A stretch of 64,000 nt of DNA, taken from positions 1,565,566-1,629,565 of the forward strand of contig MU004195.1 of assembly GCA_010093605.1 (NCBI GenBank). Direction: 5' to 3'. Positions 11,281-22,047 of the stretch are shown here, piece by piece. The notes below the pieces were generated by a model. The model ran no database searches. It worked only from the letters and a program-made list of their open reading frames with translations, and was not told the DNA's origin. How positions within the stretch are numbered: the stretch's first letter is position 1; the number at the start of each line of letters is the position of its first letter. The DNA is from Lophium mytilinum. Taxonomy: Eukaryota. Both the position numbers and the translations under genes were made by a program.

Positions 11281-11505
11281 TTCATAGTAGAATATGGGTG
11301 GGGGATGGGATTTTACAGCAGGATATGGGTGGAGCGTTGGGAGGAGGACTAGAGTAGCGGTGAAGAGGAGCGATAACGGGGAGAGTCATGTGAGCTATCG
11401 GATTCGGGGTAGATGTGAGTCGGAGATGTCGCGTGACTATATCTCAAGGCAAAGACACTTCGAAATTCGCTTGAGTAGCATTGAAGGCTAAGCCGAGTAC
11501 CCCTT

Positions 11506-13647
11506 TCAGCAGAGAAAGAATCGTTTTCGAGGCAATTTTGCCCTGTCCCACAGGTATCCGGCAAACGCGGTGCGCCCAACACGGTAGGATGTTCCATCTG
11601 GGTGAGTGTGCAACAGAAGTAGAATGACTTCATCGCCTATCGAATCAGGTCTCCCGGAGCGTGCAATGCGCACAAACTCAACCACGTCAGGGTACTCTGT
11701 TCCTGGGGCGCTGACTACGTCAATGGTCCAAGCAAAACCCATGTCATCCCGATCAGGCCCTGGCCACTGAGCCTTGTATGTTAGTGACAGGCTATGTCTA
11801 GTAATGGGTAATGAGATGCTTTCGGCTTCAACAAGCAGCATGTTTTCGATCTTTGGAATCCAAGCGGGAGGTGCATCGATCTCGAGTTCTAGGTCGCTAA
11901 CACTCATCAGCGCTTGAGCAGCTTCCGGTTTCGACGGGGGGATGGCTTGGAATGTCAAAGCTCCAGATGGAGACCGTTTGCTGAGCCTGTACCAAAGCAC
12001 CATTTGATGTGTCTCTTCCAAAAGGGGAAATGGGGATGCAAGTTTGAGCCCCCACGCGGCCCAACTCCAGCTAGGGAATTCAGGGTTAGGGTTCTGGCTA
12101 ACTGTGGTAAATCCAATTGCGCAATCGAAGTACTGAAGTGGAAGTCCAGCGAAGAAAGTCAGCCCCCAGGTCGTGTTCAGATCGTTCAGGATCCCTGAAA
12201 AAGCTCTCAAAGTATCAGAGTCGTGGGTAATTCTTCGACCTCGGTATTGTCGCATAAGTTGGCGGAATGTGTCATATGCACTATTCGTTGCGCCCAACTC
12301 CATATAGTTACGACCCCATTCTACTTCACCCATCGTATCAGGGACACGCCATGGCGGCAAATGCTCGAGATGCATGCTTTCGCATCTACCGCTTCCTGCT
12401 CTGCAATCGTAGGCAATTTCGTCTTTGGTGAAGATCAAAACTCGTTTCGACAGCACCATTTCTTGTAGTGTCCAGCCGCGAGTGATCCACCGACTCCGTG
12501 ACAAATGATTTTTAGATGAGGTCTTCTTGTTGCCGAGGAGCATGCCCTCGACATTTGCAAGATGTTGTCTTCTTACTCTAGTTCCTTCTCGCACGCCTGG
12601 TAGTCCAGCCCAAGAGTCTTCTCCGGCTCCTGCGATTATCGTCAAATGAGCACCTTTGTAGATTTCGCCCATGAAGTCGAACTGCCCGTAGTCGTGCCCG
12701 CTATCGTCCTGATCTAGGCATAGGGCATCAGCCCAGAGATAAGATATCCCTAGTAGTTGGCACAGCTGCATGGCGTCCTTCAAAGTTGTGGGTATGTCAA
12801 TGTGCAAATCTGCAAGGCCACCTGGCTCCATCAACCGAGATCTCACACCCCCTTCGAGAGTGTTCCTCAGCTGTGGCACTTCCGGGCTGCCCCACACGTA
12901 CGATAAGGCGGCATAGTCCGTTGTAGTTCCTTCACCTCCTTGGAGAGCGGGCACCACTTTCCTCGAATTGACGTCGATCATAAAGATCGGACAATTGGGT
13001 TTCGGGACGATAGGGTCCGGGGCACATATGCCAGAGCAACTCGTTTTGCATAAATCCAACCACTGCTTGATGAGCGCGATATCGACTACAGGTGGAATCT
13101 CTCTAGGCTTATAATCTGGCGTTTGTTGAGGGTAATCCTTTTCATCACATGGATATCTCCGAATGTATATCGTTTGCCTTCGTAGTGATGATCTGTGCAT
13201 GAGCGACACCCGTAGCGTTCCTGTATCGGCGGGTCTCCATGCCTTGGGGCTCGGATGGAACGCGGAATCTTCCTCGTATCTTAGGTCCTTCCACTCTAAA
13301 GATGAGTCGCTTAGGGATTCTAACTTATTTGCGCTCGGAAGTCCCAGCTCCTGCGATAAAAGGGTCTTAACGAGTAAGCACAAGGGACAAACGACTTCGG
13401 ATAACAGATCAGCGAGTTTCCTTTTGTGTTTTATCTTCTTCCTTGCCCCTTTTTCTTTTAGAGGGGAATTCTGTGGCCAGTTTTGGAGCCAAATCATATG
13501 CAACTGTTTGCACCAGTCACAACTTTGTTGTGGATCATATGGATTAGGTGGGCTGTGAAAGGGAGTACGCTCCCTCACGGGTACTCTTTCTCCGTCGTCA
13601 ATAGTAGCGGGCGGTGTCGTCAATTTCCTGGCGTCGTTTGAGGCCAT
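11506..13647 (-). CDS. HET-domain (heterokaryon incompatibility, PF06985-type) protein, 713 aa, single exon
   Basis: Hallmark motifs YAALSYVWG, YLWADALCLDQDD, MGEIYKGAHLTIIA, WITRGWTLQEMVLSKR and FPSWSWAAW. Confidence 0.95.
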   Translation of the reverse strand: MASNDARKLTTPPATIDDGERVPVRERTPFHSPPNPYDPQQSCDWCKQLHMIWLQNWPQNSPLKEKGARKKIKHKRKLADLLSEVVCPLCLLVKTLLSQELGLPSANKLESLSDSSLEWKDLRYEEDSAFHPSPKAWRPADTGTLRVSLMHRSSLRRQTIYIRRYPCDEKDYPQQTPDYKPREIPPVVDIALIKQWLDLCKTSCSGICAPDPIVPKPNCPIFMIDVNSRKVVPALQGGEGTTTDYAALSYVWGSPEVPQLRNTLEGGVRSRLMEPGGLADLHIDIPTTLKDAMQLCQLLGISYLWADALCLDQDDSGHDYGQFDFMGEIYKGAHLTIIAGAGEDSWAGLPGVREGTRVRRQHLANVEGMLLGNKKTSSKNHLSRSRWITRGWTLQEMVLSKRVLIFTKDEIAYDCRAGSGRCESMHLEHLPPWRVPDTMGEVEWGRNYMELGATNSAYDTFRQLMRQYRGRRITHDSDTLRAFSGILNDLNTTWGLTFFAGLPLQYFDCAIGFTTVSQNPNPEFPSWSWAAWGLKLASPFPLLEETHQMVLWYRLSKRSPSGALTFQAIPPSKPEAAQALMSVSDLELEIDAPPAWIPKIENMLLVEAESISLPITRHSLSLTYKAQWPGPDRDDMGFAWTIDVVSAPGTEYPDVVEFVRIARSGRPDSIGDEVILLLLHTHPDGTSYRVGRTAFAGYLWDRAKLPRKRFFLC

Positions 13648-14464
13648 AGTGTTTTCCGTTATTCGACGTTATTGCCCTTGCTATGGCATACTCGAACTCA
13701 TATCAGAGGTTAGAATGCTGGGTAGATAGGCAGGAGGGTGGGAAGGCTGAGGCTGAAGTGAATTGTGGCTTAGCTGACGCCTCACGCACGGACCAACCTG
13801 GAAGAGCACCTTTTCAAACTTTCTACTCCTGAGATACCTTTTCTCATCACCATCTAACTTTCGAAGTGCCGTTCTGTATCATAGAATCTATGCGGCCATG
13901 ATACCTAAAGCAGAAACGTGTCCGCTTAACCACGACGGCCTCCCCGATTGGTGACCCACCATACCGGTTGATCATGTTAGGCTAAATCAATAAGATTTCC
14001 GCATTCGCTTTCATTCATCAAGACAGCGCAGGCATCGAGTCAACAAAAACCGAGACTCCGACGAAAGCCTAGATCATTAACCTCGCTATATGGTATTTGA
14101 GCCAATGCGGTAGCCTTTTCAACAGTCCTATCATAGCGACATGTATCAACCTTGGGGATGGATGTATCAGCCCAAATTTGCCGCATTAAATACAAGCACT
14201 TTTGCTCGAGACAGCATACAACTCAAGAACTCGGTTCCAACTCCAATCCGTTTGTTTCAAAGATCTTCTGTCATAATTGATTGTCAGCTCCAAGCGGCAT
14301 CTTTTGTTTGATTGGCATAGCAATCGTAGGAACGCACTATAACCCCAACTGGGACTTTTCAGAAAACGGAAATGCATCCTGCTTCCTCCATGAGCGCCAT
14401 GCTATACGTCAAAGCGTCGGAGAGACGGAAACGATAGAGCAGCGAGGCGGCAATTTGAAGCCAA

Positions 14465-14470
14465 TATAAA
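14465..14470 (+). promoter_or_regulatory. TATA-like box upstream of the DUF2235-GTPase gene
   Basis: TATAAA about 155 nt upstream of ATG 14621. Confidence 0.4.
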
Positions 14471-14620
14471 GCCAAATCGGTCCTCTTGACTACGACGGCA
14501 TTTCTTCCCGAAGCAATTTAACATCTCTTCTCCTTTCTCGCACTGGGCTGTCTACCACAGTAGTTTATCAACTCGATGGTGTGTCTAGACCATCCCCGCC
14601 ATGATCCTCTTTGATCCAGA

Positions 14621-17600
14621 ATGATGGGCTCCGAGGCATTGAACACAATCGCGAACGCGACTCCCGCAGCCGCAAGCGGACACCACCCCAACGCGATGTT
14701 ACTACCCACTCGATTGATCGTTGGTGTTGATGGCACATCATGCACTCCAGATGGTCCACATGGCCGGCATTTCAGCAACATCAGTAATGTATATCGGATT
14801 TGCGCGAGCGCCAAGGAAGGCATGTCCGTCGATAGTGACAACAGGTGGTTCGTCCAGAAGAAGAAGTACTTTCCTGGAATTGGGTCTGACGAGAAGATGC
14901 ACCCGCTCTCACGTCTGACTGCTAATATCTCTGGTAAAGATTGCGTCATCCAAATCAGTGAAGTCTACGAATATTGCTGTATACAAATGTTTTCCGGGCA
15001 TCCAGAAAATGAGATTTGGTTCTACGGCTTTAGCCGAGGTGCATACGTCGTCCGAGCTGTTGCTGGCTTGTTGCACCATCTTAGGGCATTGATATCTGCT
15101 GGAACTCCGGCCTTCAAGTCAGACTTTGTTGGTGGATTGAGGAGGTATAAAGACCTCCGAAGAAGATCATCCCAAGGAGCTGGTCAGATTCATGAATACC
15201 TCGCTGAAAAGACTCGACCGGCTCCGATAATCCGGTTTATCGGAGTCTTCGATACGGTCAAGGCCGTCAACGACCATTCGCTATACGATATCAGCTTCAA
15301 CGACTCTATTCAGCACTTCCGTCAGGCGCTTGCCCTTAACGAGGACAGAAAGGATTTCTCTCCTGAGTGTCTCTTTCCCGAACTCAATAGAGCCTTACCA
15401 TATGAACGCAGCTTGGTACAAGCCTGGTCAGCTCACTAAGTCTGTTCTATCTCAAAGAGCCTTCTTAACATCTTCTAGGTTTCTTGGTGCCCATCTTGAT
15501 ATCGGAGGGTCCGCGGCTAAGGATGGGCTATCACTTTACCCTCTGCAATGGATGTTGCTTGAGAGTACAGCTAAAGGCCTAGAACTGCATTTTGACGGAA
15601 CTTTCGGTGGCCGGGCTCCTATCGACGACCCTATCACTGTTGTGTTCCCGCAAGACGATGCTGACGGAAAGGGTAAAGACATGTGGTCATGCGCCGCCGA
15701 CAACGGCGTTGGAGTTGATATTCAGGACCTCCGAAAAGTTCACGAGCTGCCAAAGTATGGCAAACGCTATTCTATTCATCTCAACCGCGACAACGCCATT
15801 TTCTGGATCAGGAACTCGCGGCAAGTGTTTGCTTTGAGTGGGGAACTACGAGGTTACTGTTCATTCGGTACGTCACGTGGATTTCGATTGTGTCTTGATG
15901 GCTACTCTGCTAATTACACAGATAGCTTCTCAAGGTACCATCTTACATCCTTCAATCTACATGATCCTTGATACTTTCCCCCACATGCTCATGGATAGCG
16001 ATACCTTCACTCGTGAGGACTGGCAAAATATCTACCATTGGAAGACGCACATCCTTGCTCTTGAATGGCAATGCGAGTTCTGGGACGACCGTCAAACTAC
16101 GAAATTCGAACAGCCGGGATCCATCCGCATCCTCGTCTGTGGGAACACCGGCGTAGGAAAGTCGTCGTTGATCAACGCCGTCTTTGGAGCAGAAGTGGTG
16201 AGAGATGGCATATCTCAATCCAAGAATAAAAAGACGCTAAGTGAAAGCAGACCACCGCTACGGACAGAACTCGGGGGAGTCATAACGTCGAGGATGCCTT
16301 GACGAACCCCAATCGGCCTGACTTGCTTATCCACGATTCAGGAGGGTTTGAAGCTGGCGGTACGAAAGATCTCGAGACCATAGAGAAGTTTGTCAAAGAA
16401 CGCTCAAATCACATCGAGATCTATGATCGCCTTCATGTCATTTGGTTCGTCTTTGAACGCCCTGAAGCTTTCCCGGACTAATCGATAGTATGTAGGTTCT
16501 GTCTAGATCTTGGTACTGTCCGTACTAGACAGACAGCGACTATCGAGCTCTTTGAGACTGTATCGAGGGTTGCAAAAGATGTACCCATCGTTGTTGTAGC
16601 GACGAAAAAGGACGTTTTCTTGAATGAGCAAGCAGGAAAAAAGTGGCGCGAGCTGAAGAAGAGTGGGGGATCTCCCGCTGAAGTTGAAGTTTCCGCCATC
16701 ATAGACGAATACGCCGAAGATCAATCTCGCGACCGCATGTTACTAATGGAGAGCGAGCTTCTATCAATCGAAGACGGAAGGTTTGATGAAATAGTCGGAG
16801 TACACAAAGGTAGGTCGCAATACAGAGCTCTTCGGAAAACTTGCTGATTGTTACGGCTGTAGGTGATCCAGAGTCTCTGCAAGCGCTCTCAGACGCCACG
16901 AGGAGGTGTTTTGATGATGATAAGCTCCGGATATCCTTCATCGCCGCTCAAACCATCAGTATGGATATGAAAGTGGACAAAGCCATCCTGGACGCGCTAC
17001 AGATATACAAAAGAACCGTAACGCGAGCGATGCTCTCCGACCACGGCGCCGATCTCGTCACCAGCCATTCTTCCCCTAAATCTTCGTTGGCAGCTGAGGT
17101 ATGCGCTGCGGTCGTTGCCTCTTTCGGTCTTCCTACGATCAGCGCATCAACCGTAGAGCATATCATTTGCTCCAAGCTTTGGAAAGCCACGAACGCCGGT
17201 CCCACATCAAGCTCTCTGGCCATCGCCGACGCAGTCTCGAAGGCATTCCTTACTACACTCTCTGTCTTCGACCCTTGTTCAGCACCGGCAATCGTCATCA
17301 ACGCCGTGCAAACAAATACGAAGCTCTTCTTAGCGCTTGTGTGCGACGTAATCCTAATTCTGGTCAAAGCGTTTAAAGAGAGCGCTGGTAGATGCGTAGG
17401 CCAGCCGCTTCAAATTGACATCAACAAAGCCGCGTTTTGGTATCGCGGAATCTCGGAGCAGGTTCACAAGAAGCTCAACGAGGTGATTCCAACCCGTATG
17501 TACATGAGCATGTACATGCATCGCAGTCTGAGAACCGGGCCTATTCGCCAGAAATTGCTGGAAGTAATTGCGGGATTCAGAATCACCATCCTTGAGGGGG

Positions 17601-17704
17601 AAACTCAGATTGTGAGCTTAGGAATCGATGATAATGAAGGAAGCTCTCAATCGAACAACGGGGAAGACAGAAACACTGAATGCGAAGGATTGTCCTATAG
17701 TTGA
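14621..17704 (+). CDS. DUF2235/Tle1-like alpha/beta-hydrolase (phospholipase) fused to a P-loop GTPase and a helical C-terminal domain (6 exons, roughly 940 aa)
   Basis: LIVGVDGT, SNVYRI, GFSRGAYVVRAVAG (Ser), IGVFDTV (Asp), ALALNEDRKDF and AW|FLGAHLDIGG (His); then G1 GNTGVGKS, G3 DSGG, G4 TKKD. Five GT-AG introns restore one continuous frame. Confidence 0.88.
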
Positions 17705-18103
17705 ATGTTCGCCTGACTCCACAACTCTTCGGAGAGGTTATTGGTAATCATCCTTTCGTAGTCCGCGTAGACAAAAGTGAGGTAGCCTAGCAAACTTTTA
17801 CGTTGCCCAGATCGAAGTTACTTCCTCGCCATTGGATTTCCAAAAATGCGTCAAAGCACCCTTGACAGTGACAAGAGCGTGTACAAAAATCAATGGCAGA
17901 CTGTGGTGCGCGAAAAAGTAACGAAGACAACTATCAATATCTTGGAAGTGATCTCGAAAGAAAGTAAAAGAGTCTCATTTACACTTACTAGGCACTCCTA
18001 GAGAGATACTATCACCCAACATGCAACGCAATCCACTCGACCTGTCCTGAGGCCCCCTCAACTCGACAGTTTACAACCCACTCAAAACTCTATCTCCACT
18101 CCC

Positions 18104-18958
18104 ATGCCTATCAACCTGACACCCCACAACTTCTTCTCCTGGACCTGCTTCGCCGCCTACCTACTCAGGGCCTCTCCCACTCTACCTCATCTCTCTCTCT
18201 AACCCAATCATCCTACCTCTCGACACCATCGAACTTCTTCTCCTGGACCTGCTTCGCCGTCTACTTACTCCAAAGCCTCTCCCACTCTACCTCATCTCTT
18301 TCTACCCCAATCACGCTCCTTTTCCATACTATCGAGGCTTCTTCCTGATCTTCATCCCCCCCTTGGTCGCCCTCTTCACACCCCTCCTACCCAAATATCA
18401 CACTTCCCAAACCATACATTACCTCCTCAACCACCACCGCCCTCGATCTAGACTCTTTGGATCTCTTGCTTGCCACCCTACCATCTGCAGCAGCGCCGGC
18501 GGCGGCAGTGGGTTGTTCCCATGACTACACCGCCTCCACACCACGAAACTAGCTCGGTTTACACCTTCCTTCCTCATTAAATCAGGGCTCGACACGCTTT
18601 TAGACGGACGGTTGTGTCTCGAGTGGGTTGCTACGTTCTTCCACCTGCTTTTGTGGGCGAGAGACTAACGCCGGGTACGAGGGAAATGTGTTGGGTTACT
18701 GATTGTGCTGCGCGAGAAGGCGGTGGAAAGGGGGCGGTGATTGCTAGATCTTAGCGGTCAATTTTCGGAAGCGAGAGACGTTTGGGTATTGGGTCTATGC
18801 GAGGGTGTTGGAGTCGTGTGCCCAGGCGCTTGCTAGACGTTGCTAGGCTCATGCCATGGGGAGGCGGGGGACCTTATGCGTATAGCGCACTTTATGAGGG
18901 GTCATATAACGCTGACCCAGGATCATATAGGTGCTGGGGAAGAGCCAGGGATGATTAG
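18104..18958 (+). pseudogene. Decayed gene containing an internal ~104-bp tandem duplication
   Basis: ATG at 18104; copies 18128-18231 and 18232-18335 both read NFFSWTCFAxYLL, with several synonymous differences and frameshifts; ends in YNADPGSY...D*. Confidence 0.45.
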
Positions 18959-19261
18959 TAGTGTGTACCATTTCCACTCAGGTACGGACAACAGTATGAA
19001 GCACTTTTTCATTATGAAGAAGCCATCTTTGACTTCGTCCTGTCTAGCTTACTAACTTATCCGTTTCATAATAAGCCGCATCTAAGACATTCGTAGTGCA
19101 CTCCCCACATGAACAGGAAAAGCAGCTGGCCACCCCCATTTTGCGAGAACCTCAATCGCATCCACCTAGATTTTTGGCCGCCCATAACGCCAGAAAGTGT
19201 AGCCCAACCCACCTCTAAAGCCTCAGGTCAGAAGGAGAGAAGTACAGCAAACCGACACACC

Positions 19262-20875
19262 TCAGGCTCGCCAGATATTATGCGGCAGGCTCATATTGTA
19301 CCCGGGATACATATCCAACAGCCGCGGCTCCACGCTATCCACCCCCTTGCAGTTCAGGTCCGTGAACAGCGGCGGCAGGCGCATCATCAGCGTCGGCCAC
19401 ACGTTATGCTCGTAGTCCACGTAGTACTCTCGGAGGTACTCTGGGCTGAGCAGCAGGCCGGCGATGAGGCCGAGGCAGACGAGGTTGTGGTCGTTGCGCA
19501 GCTCGGAGCGCTTGTAGGCTCCGTTGGTGAGGCTGTCGGCTTCGAGCACGGTGAAGGTGTTGACGCCGTTGACGTTGCCGCCCATGCTGTACTTGTCGAT
19601 GAGGTCCGGGTGCTGCGAGGCTGCGGCGAGGAGGTCGTCGCTGGTGTGCAGGGCCGTGTAGGGGTCGCTGAGGGCGCGGCGGTACCACTCGACGGGGATT
19701 TGCTCCCAGCCGGGTTTCTGTGGGGGGGATGTTAGATGGAAGGGGCTGGGTGACAAGAGGTGAAGAGGTGAAGAGGTGTAGTGGATTAGAGCCGAGGCGT
19801 TGCCGACGAGGACAGTAGATAGATGAAGATCATATCCAGACAATAGGGAGGTTACTTACGTAGATCAAATGTTCTCCGACGAACTCATGGCTCCGCTCGA
19901 CGCCATAAAACGACATGAGTGTCTCGCGATCCAGTCTGCCCTCAGGATACTTGGCACTATGATTCGAGAAACATTGCCAGACCAGGCCATGGCTAGCGCC
20001 GATATGCATCAAGCCGGCAAATGGCGAGATGAAGAAGTTCGGGTTCTGATTCTCGCTGTCGATAGTCCGCTGCATTCGGTGGTCGTTCATGATCGCAAGG
20101 TTGTAGTCGACCTGTTCATCTGGAAGCCCCTGCTGCCTGTAGTAAAGATCTTTGAACAGGTCGAGAGACATGGTGGAAGCATCTCCGTTGTCTGCAATAT
20201 ATTTGTCGATCCGTGTTGCAGAACAGTCGTGTTCGAAGGCGGCATGGGTAGTGTCAAGGCCTCCAGGATTGACTAGCAGGATGACGCTGGAATTGGCTGG
20301 AGTAGAACCTAGTGGAGCCGGGCCGCCGATGGACATGTGGGAAAGATCTGTCGAGACTGACATTGCCGTGCCATAGATGGCAGCAAGGTGAGCCAGATCG
20401 TAGCCCAGGCCGAAGACTGAAAAGTTAGCCGGATGAAGAAGCAGATGACAGAGACGATCCCGGAGACCAGGCTAGATGCCAATCTGGTGCCGCTGCTGAG
20501 AGCGCGATAGTACAATCCCAACCCCCAAGAAGAGAGCGGTAGAAGCAGGCATTCACCTCCTTTACAAGTGAAACTTACCATTCATAGAAGCATTGACGAT
20601 CTCGTCAATAGTAGCGATGCCGTTGTGCGGAATGAAGCCACTTGAAGTCATCAGCCACCGGCCACACTCCAAAACACCAAGATCAAGAGCACTTACTGGT
20701 TCGCCAACGCATTCAGAGCCGGGCAGGGCCCACGAAGATCGCCAACTCCCGGCGGCTGGAATTGATGCTTGCGGGTGACGTCGACAAGCTGCGCTCTGGC
20801 GTCAAACTCGACGGCAGAGGCCTGGCCCACGAACAGCTGGACGGCGGAGAAGACGCCGAGGGTGACGAGCTTCAT
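19262..20875 (-). CDS. Secreted heme-thiolate peroxidase / unspecific peroxygenase (chloroperoxidase family), 4 exons
   Basis: Signal peptide; [22 protein letters not shown] proximal Cys motif (across intron 1); FEHDCSATRID; NPNFF; KPGWEQIPVEWYRR. Confidence 0.93.
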
Positions 20876-22047
20876 GATGAAGGACGCCCTGGGGGAGGAC
20901 TGTGCTTGAGCGCGATTGGCTTGACTTAGGAGGAGGTGCGATGAGATGGCGGTGGTTGTGTTGACGAGCGAGAGAGATGGAGGAGGTTGAGTTACAGGAG
21001 TTGATGTGGAGTTGAAGTGTACTAAGCGGAAATCTCGCTATATAAAGTGACAGCCACGCGATTTAAGCGAAGGTGATCCCACAAGTAAAACGTCACGGCA
21101 AATTTTGTGAAGTGAAAAAAGACACGCTGCCGTGACCACTTACCGCCCGTATCGTCAGAGACCTCTTCCTCCAGCGTAGCTCTGCGCTGTCGGCAACCGT
21201 GACTAGACTCACCGCCTTATCCTACGTAGGAGCTGAAATCGAGCCATTCACCAAGGCTTTTGAAGCTGGCTGGTCTCGTGGCCTCTTAAAGGACTCATCA
21301 CGAGCAACGCCCGGCTTCGACCGTCGCAGCGCAGCACACCAAGGAGCGAATGTCCCGCATCTCACCCGCATGTCAATAAATCACGAGCAAGGAAGCAGCG
21401 TCGTCATTTCCTCTTGTTCTTCCCGACCTCGCAGTCGTACTGGATCAGATGGCGTGGGACAACAGCTGCAGACGGAACCGTGATGTTTGTACCCTGGGTT
21501 ACCTCCTACCTAGTTCTCGTGGGGGCTGGGAATATCCCGGCTCAGGGTCTAAGGACTCATTCTAGTTGTTGCAGCATTCTTCTTTGATGGAAGCAAAAGG
21601 TTCCGTGATGGAGTGTTGAGGGACAACTCTTCCGAGGTTTGGAGACAGGCGCCGCTAGATTCGATTTCGACCAACTACATTACGCAGATGTGAGCTATAT
21701 CCTGTGATAGAAGTATTTGTGTTGGACTTACGCTAGGGCGTGATGTGAAGCTCGGAAGCAAGTCGAGCCCACCACCACGGTTCGAACGTACGTACCTGCA
21801 TGTCGAAGGGCATATATAGATGAAGCTTTCCACACCCTTTGATCGACCCGAGACTCGTTCTCGTGCAACGGAGCACAGCAGGTATACACTAAGTAAGCGG
21901 GATCCAATATGACACAGCACAATCATCAAAAAGGACACGCCATGAGAAGAATGAATGCCCAATCCCATGCCCGTCTTGAAGACCACACCCACATTGACTA
22001 ATACAGATATACCTAACCCTAACCAATCCAGATACTAACCGCATGTT

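Noticed and set aside
19109..19735. 208-aa plus-strand ORF
   Set aside because: Antisense shadow of the last peroxygenase exon.
22012..22024. cctaaccctaacc telomere-like repeat
   Set aside because: Only about two units, in the SEY1 3' region; expected by chance.
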